A stretch of DNA of 63,179 bases, counting the filler, from Octopus bimaculoides (lineage: Eukaryota): NCBI RefSeq assembly GCF_001194135.2. It is 7 parts of 6 records of this genome, joined end to end, with 100 filler letters (N's around TTAATTAATTAA, not from the genome) between each part and the next. Parts side by side here need not be neighbours in the genome. Positions count along the whole stretch, not along the records: positions 5,018 to 15,109 come from NC_068983.1; positions 15,210 to 33,896 come from NC_068994.1; 5 more parts are not named here. The stretch is one strand, 5' to 3'. Below the pieces are notes generated by a model, which saw only the letters and a program-made list of their open reading frames with translations, ran no database searches and was not told where the DNA came from. Every line of letters starts with the position of its first letter. Position 1 is the stretch's first letter. The position numbers and the translations under genes are program-made. Shown here in pieces: positions 13,349-27,732 of this stretch.

Positions 13349-13819
13349 ACCAGTGTTACGATCTATTATATGTTGCATTGATTTGCCTTTAAAAAGTGTG
13401 TTAATCGTTTATATATATATATATNNNNNNNNNNNNNNNNNNNNNNNNNNNNNNNNNNNNNNNNNNNNNNNNNNNNNNNNNNNNNNNNNNNNNNNNNNNN
13501 NNNNNNNNNNNNNNNNNNNNNNNNNNNNNNNNNNNNNNNNNNNNNNNNNNNNNNNNNNNNNNNNNNNNNNNNNNNNNNNNNNNNNNNNNNNNNNNNNNNN
13601 NNNNNNNNNNNNNNNNNNNNNNNNNNNNNNNNNNNNNNNNNNNNNNNNNNNATATATATATATATAAATGGAGTTAAACACCGGTGTTATTTAAATTCTT
13701 TTACTTCCGACACATGTTTCGAAGACAACATTGACATAATACAAATGTGGGAAATCTGCAGAAACGCGTATTTCATTCATATTTTTACAGTTTGGCTCGT
13801 CCAATCTAAGTAATTGATC

Positions 13820-15080
13820 TTTTCAATCATTCCCATTGTTTTCCAGTCTATCTAATTCTTTGTTTACCTGTTCCAGTGCTGCAAATGGTACATTACGTTT
13901 GGGTTTGAAAATTGGTATAGCATTTTCTTTCACCTGAAATTTGGCTTTGAATTTATTGCACCGACTCAACGTATCCAAGAAAGCATCAGGGAACAACATT
14001 TTCACTTCATTTTTTAAAGTTTTCTGACTGTTTTTGAATTGGTGCACGACTCCATTACATTTTTACAAAGAATATTTATGGGTAAATCCCATAAGTCGAA
14101 CAGTATCATCCAGTCATTTGCAAAAAGGATGCTTGCATGTTTTTGACACACACGCTTTCGCTTTTTTAGTCTTACCGTGAAATATGAAGTTACAAATAAT
14201 GTCGCCTTCGAAAGTTAATTTAATCCCAGAGACGTCACCAGCCATCTTCGATGTTTTCTGTTCTGTGGGTTTCCCTATTTTTTTCGTGTGTTTTCATTAA
14301 AGTAATGTCGCTACCTGTATCTAACAGTAATTTTACCTTCGTATTGTTAATGTTTACATACACAAATTTCCTTCGAGGCTCGCTCGAACTTCTTGTAACT
14401 GATAAACTGTTTACGTGATTTTTTTTTCTCTTGAACAGTCTTTTTTTAGGTTTTGTTTTACAGTGTCATTTTTTAATGACCTATCTGGAGCAGTTTCGAT
14501 TTTTATAAGGACAGTTGTTAATCTATAGTGTAACTCTCCACATTCAAAACATGGGTTAATTTTTTGCTTTTCATTTCTTACTTTCAGTCGTTGCGATTGT
14601 ATATGTGAGCAGTTTCTCACTTCAATTTGTTCTATATCGTGCATGAGGTTTATTATTCTCTGGCATTCCTCAGATATTTCTTGTAGTGCTAGCTTCTGAT
14701 TCTGTTCAAATTTAGTCAGAATTCTGTTACAAATTTCTGCTTCTTTCTTTGCTGTTAAACCTTGCACGAAAATGTAGCATTTAAACATATCTGGTGTTAG
14801 TTAATTAATTTTAAATTTCTCGCACTGCATATTAACGATTCTATGTAATAAAATCTTCGTCCTCATTTTTTGTAACAGCCATGTATTGCCAGCATACTGT
14901 TTGAAGACACCTCTCTGACAGTTCTTTAACCCCATGCTGATACTAGTTTTTGCCCTTCAACACGAAGAACTCTGTCGCTGAAGATTCCACTTCCACTTCC
15001 TTGACGAAGCATCGCAAACGCAGGACGTGAGCCGTGACTGGAAGAATATTTCTCAGAAGTGTATTATGCATTATTAAATA
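13820..15080 (-). mobile_element. Ty3/Gypsy LTR retrotransposon remnant (gag, protease, start of pol)
   Basis: ORF 14411-14788 MFKCYIFVQGLTAKKEAEICNRILTKFEQNQKLALQEISEECQRII and ORF 13823-14047 CNKFKAKFQVKENAIPIFKPKRNVPFAALEQVNKELDRLE, typical of Gypsy gag and the pre-RT linker. Confidence 0.8.
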
Positions 15081-15759
15081 AAATAATTTTGGGTTATCAT
15101 ATATATATANNNNNNNNNNNNNNNNNNNNNNNNNNNNNNNNNNNNNNNNNNNNTTAATTAATTAANNNNNNNNNNNNNNNNNNNNNNNNNNNNNNNNNNN
15201 NNNNNNNNNATATATATATATATATATATATATATAATGTATATTTTTATTAATAGTTAGTAGAAGTAGCAGAGTGCCTCAAAGTTCGAGAGTTTCATAC
15301 AATGACATGTGCACAGAAGTCTCAGACTTTGAGTCACTCTGTTACTTCCACTACATATTAATAAAAATATACATATACTCATATTTTGATTTCTATTTTT
15401 CCTATTTGCATCAACATACCTATATACATTCTGTATATATATATATATATGTGTGTATATATATATGTGTGTGTGTATATACATATATATATATATAATC
15501 ATCATAATTATCATCTGCTTTCCATGCTAGCATTGGTTGGATGGTTTGACAGGAGTTGGCAAGCCAGAAGATTTCACCAGGCTTCACTGTCTGTTTCATC
15601 ACTAGTCATTAATCTACCCAAAAAGGTAATATTCATTCACAAGAGTGCAGATGCCCACAGATTGTTTTCTGTCAGATTCTGAGAAAACCATTTTACAAGT
15701 TTAGCCACTTCTTCAAGCCAGTGCAGATGCCAATGCAGATGCCAGTGAATTATTCATTT

Positions 15760-16010
15760 ATTTGAATTCAACTCCTAGGCTAATTCTTCAACCATCACAC
15801 TGCTATTTCACTCAAATTCTGACAAAAGCAGGTTTTCATTAAATTGAAGAGGATGACCTGTCCATGTAGTACCCTTTAAGCTGAAATTCTTCAAACTATC
15901 TTTCACTACTCCTTTTGTTTAAGTATTCCTCACTATAAATACTGTGTATATTTTGCATGGCTTCTGTCACATTGCTTTTCCTGACCTAAATGCCCCTTGG
16001 ACATGTTCAT
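15760..16010 (-). mobile_element. Highly decayed mariner transposase, N-terminal part
   Basis: GSNVTEAMQNIHSIYSEEYLNKRSSER...VMVEELA aligns by eye with the better copy at 60259-60695 (GNSAAEATRNIHSVYGKECFNERTCRR...LSVEELA). Confidence 0.6.
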
Positions 16011-18639
16011 CTTTAGGAGTAATAAGTAATAAGTGAATTGGATAATTCATATTGTAATGACATGAATCTCTTCTTTGCAACTGCATGAGATCATGGTAAT
16101 ATGTACTGTTGTCATTCAGGTATTTGAAAACAGCAAAACTATCTCACTTGTAGATATCAGATTCCAGCCATTACTTATGGGATTACCTGATAGCTGTTAA
16201 CACAAACATTAAAATAATCAATACATATAACAGAGTGAATCTATATAAATTAATATTAGTGATAATACATTGTAACTTCATGTTTCATGCTATAATATAA
16301 ATGACTGTCTGTCTGATTGTATATATATATCTCTCGCTTTTTCTCTCTCTCTCTCTCTATCTATCTATATCTTTATCTATCATATATTTAATGTTTTCCC
16401 CATGCTTGCATGGATTGAACAGATCTTATCTGCCACAGCATCTCAACTCTTTTTCCAGTATTTTGCCTGTATGAGTTTTATCCTCTTGAGATACCCATTC
16501 ACCACTTCTTTTTAATCTTCCCATTATGTCTGTGTATGTGTGTATACACACACAGACATAACTCACACAAACATAATACACACACATGTAACACACACTC
16601 ACACAAAACATAGTTTGGTGTATTCAAAGAACTATGTGAAATGGTCAAAAAGAGACAATTTGTAGATTAGATAAATGGTTTAACTTCCTTATGAAATGGA
16701 CTTGTTAATTCTAATAAAAGAATTATGAAAAGGAATAAGAATGAGAATAAAAATATATCTGCATACTTCTTTAGTAAAAAAAAATGTTCTATTAACAAAT
16801 TGTTAGAAAGACAAACTGTAAGATTAGAGATGATAACAAAGATACTGTGCGCATATCCAAAACTTACCACCTAACATCTGCATACATACAGTATTTAATT
16901 TAAGGTGGTGGTGTTCAGTTAAGTAAAATGAACCTATGCACTTGTTTGCATTTGCAGAAACACTTCAAGCATAGCATTTGAATATATCCTTTATTCTGCA
17001 GTCCTTATGATATATCTGTTACTGTCATTTTTATGCAGCCTTTATTTTACAATGATCCTCTACCTGATGTTATAATCCAGTTTTATCTTTTAAAGACCAG
17101 ATGTAACTTAAAAGCTTTGTTGTATTTCATTCACAATGTTCTTGAAAAAAGAAACATGATTGTAAAATCTTTTTTTTTTTTAACTTCCCTTCTGACATGT
17201 AAATATAGCATCTTATGGTTGCATCCTTACTTGCTAAATGTTATGTCAAACAGCAAAAGCCATCTTGAGTTTGATCAGTCAGCTCATTCACACTTAATTT
17301 GAAGGAAGAAAAAAATAAACAAAATCTATTTAGTTTTCACTAAAGTATTCTTCATTTGAAGATGAAATTGGGTTAATGAATAGTGTGTAGTTTTGCAGTT
17401 ATTGTGGAGGTTGTTTGGATTTGATACTCATTGGATTTGAATGATGCACATATGTGAGAGAAGTGGAATCTATATGGTTCCAAACACACACACCACACAT
17501 ACACGTGCATGTGCGTGCATATAATTGATATAAATTTTCATTTAACCTCCTTATGAAAAGTTGACTGCACTTAAATGACAGGCTGTTTCTCTCTCCCAGA
17601 AAATATCAGTGAGACTACTTTCAATATTCTAGCAAGGTTGAAAGAAGTGTGTTTACTAAATTCATTCCCTTGGAATTTTACCTTACATATCTACTTATTG
17701 TACTATTATGAAAATCAGGCAGAGCAGTTTATTTGTCAGGGTTTGTCTGTACTGTAAACAGCTGTTAACCACCATTCTCTCTCTCTCTCNNNNNNNNNNN
17801 NCCCCCCCCCACACACACTCAACAGTATAAAGTAAACCAATCTCTATAGAAGTATTAATGATGAAACTAGTCAGAATAATTTCATTTCCTGGCTTCAAAA
17901 AGAGAAAACCTATGGGTTTACTACACTGTCTAATTTTCACAGATATACAAAATGACCATTACTGGAAATTCTCTTAAATTCACCTTACATTTCTCCACAC
18001 ATACGCATGGACAAGCACACACATATTGTGTATATTAGCTCAGGCCACCTTACATCTCATTATCCAAAGATCCATGCACATAGACAATCTTCAGACAAAA
18101 ATGGTTAGTGTTAGGATCAGACCCCTCAGGAATTGTGTATTATTCAGAGCTTTCCCTTAAGACTTTTCTCTGAAGATTTTTACTGCAGAGAAGGATTGTT
18201 GTCGGTAATTCTGAGTTATGCAATGTAAAGTAGTTTCTACTAACAGATGCAATAAATTCACTTGACTCCAGATAGCATTTCTGTTTGTTTGATCATATCA
18301 ACCCCAGAGCTTATTTCAGTTTGGTATTTATTTGATCATTTTCTATTTGTAAAACTCCTATGCTATAACATAAGAAAACAGAATTGTGTAAATCTACACA
18401 TAAATTGACACAGTCACATACATGCTCATTTATCTATACATAGGTATGTTTGTATCGATGGCTGTATTAAGTACACACTTATTATGAGCTTCTGCATTTC
18501 CAGCTGCCAAGTTACACTCACAAGACTTTGTTCAGCTCAACACTACAACAGAAGCCCTTTGCATTTCATGACTGTGAAGTAAACTTTTTAATCAGTCAGT
18601 CAAGCCTTTGCATGTACGTGCACACACGCATGCATGCAT

Positions 18640-18683
<44 letters not shown>

Positions 18684-19839
18684 GCACACACAAACACACA
18701 GAATGAAAAAATGTTGAAATGCATTTGACACTTTAAAAAATCTTATTTGACATTTATTTTTTTATCTAAAAATCTTATTTGACATTACTTAACTGGTTTC
18801 AGAATTTCGTGATCTTCAAAAGTCGTGTGAAATGAAAAGATCTGGATTATGTTGTATTTGTCTCGACTCTGATAATTTGAAAATTTGCTGCTTTTTAATA
18901 GAGAAATTACAGCTCACATTGCCTCAGATGAGGTTCTGTTTGGTTGATTGAAGCTATAGATGAGGTCAGAGAGTTACTGACTGTATGACAAATAGTTGCA
19001 CCAAAAGTTATGGCTGTACTAGGCCACTAAATGTGTCATGTAATAGCATGGATAATAATTGCAGTCTGCATTTGTAACTTAGATGACGTGAAAATATGGA
19101 GGATTATCATGCTAAAAATCAAGACTGTGTTAATCCAATGAATGTGGTACATGATAGTATGAACAAGAGGTTGTCAGAATAGTTTAAAATAGAGAAACAT
19201 CTTATGTGCTTCTGAATATGATTGTGTGTGAGAATGTATTATTTCTATCCAATATGTCACAGCTTATTCTGTTGGAGTTTGTGTTTTAATAAACATATTT
19301 TATTTGTTTGTTGTACATAAGTTTAAATGTTCACTTAGCAGAATCTTTCTTGTATCAGGATCTCATATTTATTGCCAATGAATATTGTTTTTCAATATAA
19401 GTTTCATTTGTCTTATGTAATCCTTGTTATAACCATTACATATAATCATATAATAGCAGAAATAAAATGTTTTTATGAATAGGTGAAGTGATTTTTTTGC
19501 AGTTATCTAAAATTCATAAGACAGTGTTTTTGTTACCTTCTTTCAGGAGGTGGTTTGGTTGGTCCAAGTCAACTATTATAAAGTTTGGTGTGTTTCAGAA
19601 TGAATTTCAGCAGTGTCTCCAATGTCACTGAGTTTGTGTGTTTTACAGGCTAGATTTACTACAATTAGTCTTAATTTAAGATTGTTGAATGTAGTAGTAT
19701 GTTATTCATGTTTTGAATTTGGGGGAGACAATATAAGTTGATTGTTTTGCATTAAAATTTCATTAATAAACATTTTCAATACAGATAAATGAAGATGCTA
19801 AATTTCTTCACTGTTTTTAATGATTTATTTTTATATTTT

Positions 19840-20050
19840 TTACTTATTTCAGTCATTGGACTGTGAACATGCTGGGGCACTGCCTAGAAATGTTTAGTCA
19901 AACAAATCAACCCCAGTCCTCACTTTTTTTAATCCTAGCACTTATTCAGTTGATCTCATTTTGCTGGACTGCTAGATTATGGCAATGTAAACAAACCAGC
20001 ACCAGTTGTCAAATGGTGGTGTGAGATGAACACAAACACAAGATCACACA
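19840..20050 (-). mobile_element. SINE family A, old CpG-decayed copy
   Basis: Diverged reverse complement of the family A 3' body and tail. Confidence 0.7.
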
Positions 20051-20064
20051 CATAGATAACAGTC

Positions 20065-20570
20065 TTTTAGGGAGGTGTGTGTCAGGCATTTGAACAAAGT
20101 AGCTTACCCACCTGATCTGTGCTCTCCTCAGCAGTATGTACATTCTTGGCAGATCAGCTTGGGAGTTGACTTCTGTGTCTGGGACCTTGTTTTACCAGGT
20201 GATTTTCAACAGCTTTCTCAGGTGGTTCTTGTGGAAGCAGTTTAGCTTCTTGGTGTGGCATTTATAAAGCAACCAAGCCTCATAGGCATACAGTATAGTA
20301 GACAGTACAACTGCTTGGTACACCTTCAACCTGGTGGTCAGCTTAATGCCTCTTCTCTCCCACACTGATTCATGTAATCACCCAAATGCTGAGTTTCCCT
20401 TGGCAATGCATGTATTGACTTCATTATCAATGTTCACAGATTTCGAGAGTGTACTGATGAGGTACATGAACTTATCAACAACCTTTAGGGTTTTGCATTC
20501 AACAGTGATAGCTGGTTCTACATATAGCTTCTGTGGGGCAGGCTGGTACATTACCTCTGTCTTCTAAGTA
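20065..20570 (-). mobile_element. RTE-clade LINE fragment (RT C-terminal region)
   Basis: KTEVMYQPAPQKLYVEPAITV...VVDKFMYLISTLS...VWERRGIKLTTRLKVYQAVVLSTILYAYEAW...KVPDTEV. Confidence 0.85.
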
Positions 20571-20599
20571 CTGATTGTTGTTTTTTAGTTCGTTGTTAA

Positions 20600-21690
20600 T
20601 TTCTCCCACTTTTTGAATGGTGTTGGATTTGGGTTTAGTGTATGATAGTTGAGAATATATGATGTTAGATATTAAAATCACAGAGATTAATGTTTTGTTC
20701 CTAACTTTTGTTGGGCTGTAGTTGCTTTTATTTTGTATAAATGATTTGTCGTTTTCCTTGCCAAAAGACTCTTCTATTAGAGAAGTGGAGATATTGCTCC
20801 GTACTTGAATGAAATTGGAGTGCTGTGGTGCTAGAGTGTATTTTATACCTTTTGAGAGGACTTAAATTTGTTCTGTTGTAAAAGTTTTGTATGAAAGATT
20901 CTTTGACTTATCACACTGTATTTGTACTGCCTGGTGTCACAAATTCTGTTGGCTGGATTTAAAACATTATCTTTTAATTTTGTCATTCTGCTATGTTTCT
21001 ATATTTACTGACAATTTTCCTGTTTTTATCAAGTTTTCTATCAAATTATCAAGTAGCATTTGTGTTCATTTTTAGGTCCAGAGTGTGGCTGGTCTTGTCT
21101 AAGATTGTTTTTCATATACAAAATCACAAGAGTTCTTCAGTATAAAACAGAGCACCTGTTCTTTTGTATCTTTTGAAATATGTGATGTAGTATGTAACAA
21201 TTGTTCCCCATTTTAAATGTAAGGAAATCTTATGCCAAAGTACCATATGTCATTGGCATATCTAACTGTTTGGTCATTCTTAACTTGTTCAGAGTTTTAT
21301 GTTTGTGGTCTACTGTTAAATAAGGCAAGTTTGGATTTAGTTTTATGATTTATTACTAGTGTCAACTTACAATCTGTTTTTGTTCAATGAGATTTTTGAT
21401 TATGTGTTTATGTGTACTGTCTGGTATGCATTTCATTGTATGATAGACTTTGTTTGTAATATGTATATTTATAGTAGGTATTTATAGTAGGGGGTACTGT
21501 CTAATGTATTTGCTGCATTGTATTTCTTTTTATACTCATCAATAGTTTGTTCTGCTAGAATGGTTGAATATTCATTGTTAGTCTGTTTTATTCCATGAAT
21601 TTCTTTATCTAGTGCATTCTTTGTGGAAGAGAATCTAAATGCTCTCCTTAACAACGATGTTATCACTGACATTTCGTTGATATGTACACA
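20600..21690 (-). mobile_element. Very decayed Penelope-like remnants
   Basis: ORF 21469-21672 SVITSLLRRAFRFSSTKNALDKEIHGIKQ resembles the PLE RT thumb; VLSKGIKYTLAP near 20830-20865 resembles the PLE N-terminal LSKGLKFxPxP motif. Confidence 0.45.
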
Positions 21691-21709
21691 TTAATTATTT
21701 CCATGTAGG

Positions 21710-21935
21710 TATCTTTTCTTTTACTTGTTTCAGTCATTAGACTGCGGCCATGCTAGGAAGAGCACCAACTTAAAAGGTTTTAGTTGAATGAATCGACCCT
21801 ATGGCTTATTTTTATAAAGCCTGGGACTTATTCTATCAGTCTCTTATGTTGAACTGCTAAGTTACAGAGTGTAAACAAACCAATACCAGTTGCCCAGCAG
21901 TGGTGGGGGACAAACACTCACACATATGTATATAC

Positions 21936-22001
<66 letters not shown>

Positions 22002-22115
22002 TGGGTTTCTTCGGTTTCCATCGACCAGAACCAGACCAAGGTGCTACATAATGGGACTGAACCCACAACCATGTGATTTGGAAATAAACTTCTTACCATA
22101 CATCCACATCTGTAC
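21710..22115 (-). mobile_element. SINE family A, near full length
   Basis: Tail, body, internal (TA)n and tRNA-like head all present in reverse orientation. Confidence 0.8.
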
Positions 22116-23949
22116 CTATGTATGTGTATTTATTTGTGTTTTTTTATTGTAAACTGGTGGAATGTATCTACTCTTTTTAATCTCTGTGTTTATGTCTTGA
22201 AATGGAATCATATTAATATTGTTTTGAATGCTGAATGTTAGTACCAATTTGTTCTCTTGGTCCTCCATTACAGCTAGTATATCATCAAGAAGCAGATATG
22301 AGCAAACTTTAATAAAAACAATTAGATTAGAACATAGCTGTGTTTTCACTGTTGTGATTTAGATTCATTCATATGAAATTGTTTGCTGGAAGTTCACAGG
22401 TTGCAAATTGTTGTCCTGTTCTTGTATGATTGGAATATATATATATATATATATATAAATTCATACAAACACACACACACACACACATATATATAGCTCT
22501 CTAGTGTATCAGTTTTAAGTCCAACCCATGCCAGTATGGGAAAACAGACATTAAATGATGATGATAATGATGATATATGCATGTATGTATATAACTCTCC
22601 CAGCTGTAACGTGGTTGGTAGGTTTGTCTTTTGCTATGTTCTATTTTGTGAGAAATTCTAAGTGTTAAATTTTCTCTTTATTCACTTGAAGAAAACAGTT
22701 TTTTACATGATGTAACACCTTTGTTCATCAATAAAGAACACGTCTGTTACTTCTGTCCACTCTACCCAATTTTACTATTCCCTTCACTGATCACTCTACC
22801 CCCCCCCCCCCAATACATTATGTTACCTACTGTTAATCTAACCCACTTCACTAATTGATCTATTGACTATTCTACCCTTACCAGTAGTTCAACTACTAAC
22901 CAGACTACCCACCAAGTTTATTCCTCCGTAACTTGAGCAATCTATTCCTTACCTCACTATTCTTATTACTGATGATTCTGTCTCTGTTTCTCTATTCCAT
23001 CAGCTGGTCAATCTGTAACTGTCAGACATTCTAGGGATAGAAGGAAAAACTCTCAGACAATAACAGTATCAATGTAAAACCGATTCTGTTATTCCATACT
23101 TAATACCCAGTACTCATTCAAACAATGGCAATATTTTTATACTTCATTATTTTAATTTATCAAGTTGACTACAGAGATCCTAGCATCAAGATGTGTCATA
23201 ACACACAATTATATCACACACAGATATTTACATTAGCCACTTGAACAAACTTATGTTGGTATTCACATACACATAAATTTCATATATACGTGTGTGTGTG
23301 TGTGTGTGTGTGCGTGTGTGCATGCGCACATGCGCATATATGTATAATAAAGCTACTGCTAAAGTAAAGAGACACATAAAATGAAATTAAGCTCCATATT
23401 GAAATAAATACATTAGATATTCTATCAATATGTTGCTTGATTTTATTTTCAAGTGTCTCTCCATTTTGGCTGCACATATATATATGTTGTGATATTAGTA
23501 GAGTACCTGTGCTCTCAGCAATGATGGTTGGTGTTTTACTAGACTTTGTGATAATTATAACATTTTGGTTTGTATTTATGAATATTAGATTTTCCCAATT
23601 GGAGGTATTGTTGAAAAATGTACGTGAAAGTTGTTAATGAGAGTATGAGAATATAAATAAAAATTCCAAAACAGGAAAAATATTAAAATTATGCTTGTCT
23701 TCCCTTCCCCCCCCCTCCCAATATTGTGACGATTTGATTACTCTTAGTATGGGTAATACGTTGTAGACAACAATTCTTTGTTATTATACATTTTGTTATT
23801 TTCTGCAATAAATTCTCTACCTAACTACACAAATGTTGTACATGTATATATATTCAAAACTAGCAAAATATAGGCATATTTACACATAGGTGCATGATCT
23901 AACAAATGGGTAACATACATTTTCTAAAGGTTTTCAAGGGACAGAAGGT

Positions 23950-24790
23950 TTTTAGTATATGTAATGTCAGTGTGCATGCATGACTGAGTGTAAGTGTCCT
24001 GAGAGAAAAGTTGGGCATAAGAGGCATCAGATGTGGTGTGCAAGAGAGACGACTGTGATGGTATAGTCATGTGATGCATATGGATGAAGATAGCTGTGTG
24101 AAGAAGTGTTGCACTCTAACGGTGAAGGGAAGCTGTGGAAGAGATAGACCCAGGAAGACATGGAACAAGTGGTGAAGCACGATCTTCGAATATTGGGCCT
24201 CATGGAGGAAATGACAAGAAACTGAGGTCTTTGGCAATATGCCATGCTTGAGAAGACTGTCAGACCAAGTGAGATTGTAGTTGTGGCCAATGCCATTGAT
24301 GCATACCTGACCCGTTAAAAGCACTCTTCAAATGTTGGGTGATATGCTGTGCTTGTGAAGACCTGTTGAGCCAAGTGAAATCGCAGTCATGGCTGATGCT
24401 AGTGCTGTCTGACGGGCACTCGTGCCAGTGGCACGTAAAAAGCATTATTCAAGTGCTGGGTCTCATGGAGACATTGACAGGTGACTAAGACCTTTGACAA
24501 TATAACGTGTTTGTGTAAACCTGCCAATCCAAGTGAGACTATAGTCATGACCGATGTTGGTGTCAGGTCAATGGCACACATGCCGCTGGCACATAAAAAG
24601 CACCCATTACACTCTTGGAGTGGTTGGCATTAGGAAGGGCATCCAGCTGTAGAAACCTTGCCAAATCAGATTGGAACCTGATACAGCTCCCCAGCTTACC
24701 AGTTTTCAGTCAAACCATCCAACCCATGCCAGCATGGAAAACAGATGTTAAATAATGATGATGATAAGGAGGAGGATGATGAGGATGATG
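23950..24790 (+). mobile_element. RTE-clade LINE 3' end with 3' UTR and (GAT)n tail
   Basis: LREKLGIRGIRCGVQERRL*WYSHVMHMDEDSCVKKC...GRDRPRKTW, then a UTR with repeated CCAAGTGAGA units ending CCAACCCATGCCAGCATGGAAAACAGATGTTAAATAATGATGATG. Confidence 0.85.
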
Positions 24791-25679
24791 TAAAAAGCTG
24801 TGCATTTAAAACATATTTGACATAGTTCATACAAAAACTACAAATAAGCATTATTATTCACATTCACTGAAAAAGTTCCTGGAGAACAGCATTTTTTATG
24901 AAACAACACCAGCGCACCTAGGTCTTCCAAATTTTCGACCTGTTATTTCAAATTATTTATGTTTTTTGTTCTACTTAAAGCAACATTGAGTTAGCCATGA
25001 CTAAACTATGAAGTTTGTGTGATCTTTAATGGCCTCAGTGGGAAAAATCAAATTGAACTTAAGTATCATCAGTCTATTGTATGGCAGCTACTTACCTCAA
25101 AAGAACTGTTCAGGCTACAAGAAAGATTTAGAAATCTCTTATTGATGTGACGTATGGCAAAAAATGGAAAATATATTATTCTGGAGCTTTATAATGAGCT
25201 GTGTGTATGCTACATCATCATGATTTATGATATCAATAAAATATGTATTTTGTCTCATTACAAGAGTGTTATATATAGAGATACATAGAACCTATTGCAT
25301 ATATACATGTAGTGAATAAATAAATAAGATAAAGTCAAATACCTGATACCTTTCAGTAAGTTGAATATAAAATATGATAGTGGAATATCGCATATATGAC
25401 ATAGAATAATTAATAGTGCAATGAGTGTTAATACAAATACACATAGCATATTAAATATACATTGATGATACATAGTGTATTGTATATATTGATTAGATTT
25501 ACCAATAAGAAAAAGGAGAAAATTATTTTGATCATCAGAACTTATGCACATAAAAACCTTCAAATACAAAATATAAATAGAATGTCTCTAGCCAGTAAGT
25601 AGAGCCTCTGTACAATAATTTAGAAAGTAAATCATATAAAAGTATGCAACTTGCACAAGTTGAAATGTTTGCTTACACC

Positions 25680-25850
25680 CCTATAACTTAGTGGTTTTGC
25701 ACAAAGTGGCTGACAAAATAAGTGCCAGGCTTAAAAAGTAAATAAGTACTGGGTGATTTGTTTGACTAAAACTCTTGAAGATGGTGCACCAGCATAGCTG
25801 CATCTAATGACTGAAACAAGTAAAAGGTAAAAGGTAAAAGAAAGGTAAAA
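25680..25850 (+). mobile_element. SINE family A 3' end
   Basis: Diverged tail GGTGCACCAGCATAGCTGCATCTAATGACTGAAACAAGTAAAAGG with (GTAAAAG)n. Confidence 0.65.
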
Positions 25851-25858
25851 GGTATATA

Positions 25859-26690
25859 CAGGTTGTTCAAGCTAAATTTGACAATTTGCAAAAAAAGAAA
25901 AGAAGACACAGTATCCCATCCAAAACTAAAAGTAATTTTAAAAATCAAAAGTTATCAACTAGATTATGGCTAGGAGATAACAGTTTGCTTGAAGTAGCTG
26001 CTCTCAGCTCACTTCATGGTCTCAAAACAGCTCTAGAACCTGGTGAATGTGTTCCTCACTGTGTCCCTGGGAAGATCTCCAAAAACATCCTTGATCTTAG
26101 GCACCAGCTCAGCCTTGGTGGTGCAGGCAGTGGTTGGTGTTTTTTCTCAACTATGCTCATGCATAGTAATCCATGAGATTACAATCATGGTAATTAGGAG
26201 GCCAGAAATTGGGGCTGGTAAAGTCATGGAAATTCTCCAACAACCCTTTCTAACTCTTTCCAGAGGTATGGCAAGAAGCCGAATTTTGCTGCTATGCATA
26301 TTACCTACCAGCAGCAACTCTCTCCAATCAGGGATTGACTATTGGAACTGAGCTTAAGGCCTTGTTCAAAGATTTGGGGGTGAATTCTAGGATGCAGACC
26401 CAGTTAGAATGCTGTTGTGTCCCCTCCTGCTGCCCATAACATTATAGTCTCTGTTGCAGCCTTACATGTCTTACAACCTTTACAGAGTTCACAGAGCTTT
26501 GAGCCTCAGTCATGAGGTTGGCATTTTAACACCTGCTGCTGAATCACCATGACGCAAGTAACTCTTTTCCAGTATTCAGATGACTTCCAGTCCTCCATGT
26601 CAGCTAACTCTTTCTCAACTACAACTTTAATCTTTATGCTTTCTGTGTTGTTGACTGTTCGCCAATACCTCTAGTTGTTCCTGAAAAAGG
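25859..26690 (-). mobile_element. Tc1/mariner superfamily (maT/DD37D-like) transposase remnant with 3' TIR
   Basis: TA|CAGGTTGTTCAAGC terminus; minus-strand peptides resemble QQDSAPCHTS, WPPNSPDCNPMDY and TKAELVxKIKxVF motifs, with stops. Confidence 0.75.
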
Positions 26691-26739
26691 GAGACAAAAA
26701 AATCATCAAATTGAGTCTGAACGAACATTCTTTGTATGT

Positions 26740-27035
26740 ATGTGTCAAACAAATCGACCCCAAGACTTATTCTTTGTAAGCCCCGGACTTATTCTGAACT
26801 GCTAAGTTTCAGGGACATAAACACACCAACATCAGTTGTCAAGCGATGGTGGGGGACGAATACAGACACAAGGACACACACACGTTGGCGTTAGGAAGGG
26901 CATCCAGCTGTAGAAACTCTGCCAAATTAGATTGGAGCCTGGTGTAGCCATCCGGTTGCACCAGTCCTCAGTCAAATCGTCCAACCCATGCTAGCATGGA
27001 AAGCGGACGTTAAACGATGATGATGATGATGATGA

Positions 27036-27040
<5 letters not shown>
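26740..27040. mobile_element. Family A SINE fragment (minus) abutting an RTE-tail short element (plus)
   Basis: 26740-26880 matches the family A body; 26881-27040 matches the 3' UTR of the RTE at 24620-24770, including the (GAT)n tail. Confidence 0.7.
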
Positions 27041-27121
<81 letters not shown>

Positions 27122-27732
27122 GTATGTATGCATGTATGTATACACAGAGTGCGATGGTTAAATTTTTGCCATTTTATATTTTTAATTTCATGCATGTGCA
27201 TTGTTTTTGATTTTGTCAACTACACAGTATAGTAGGGTCAGTTGGCCACCATCTGTGAGGAAAACAGCACCATGATGCAATTCACTCTGCCAGAAATTTG
27301 GAAATGACATGCTGTACTGCTTGGCATTCATGCTGGAAGTTCTAATACAAACATGACTGCACCCAAAATCACGTGTGTATATTGCTCGCATTTTTGCAGA
27401 TGCTTGTATAAACAAGTGTACTCATGCCATGCAGCTTGCCTGGGGGTGTTTATTCATCAATATCTGTTAACGGTTATTTTTAATATTTTTCTCACTGGAT
27501 TGCATGTTTGTTCCTCTTTTTGCCATCTGTGATTTTATTTTTTATCATCTATATAAATGAAGATATTTCCTCTGTCTGGCTGCTTTTCTCTCTACAAAAT
27601 GGAAAGTTACATTGTGGAACAGTCATTTTAACAAGTTGTGTGTGTGTGGGTGTGTGTGTGTGTGTGTGTGTATTATTAGACCAGACTTTCTTGAAGAAAT
27701 AAATTTTATATTACATATATATATATATATAT

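Noticed and set aside
13695-13775. GAAACGCGTA (plus) and GAAACATGTGTC (minus) half-motifs
   Set aside because: No CTGANGA in range on either strand.
14995-15040. TTGACGAAGCATCGCAAACGC near-hammerhead in the Gypsy 5' region
   Set aside because: GAAA core absent.
16100-19660. Several isolated splice-like segments (16.15 kb minus, 17.6 kb, 18.2 kb, 18.5 kb, 19.55 kb)
   Set aside because: Single weak signals or stops in the needed frame; no consistent phase chain or recognisable protein.
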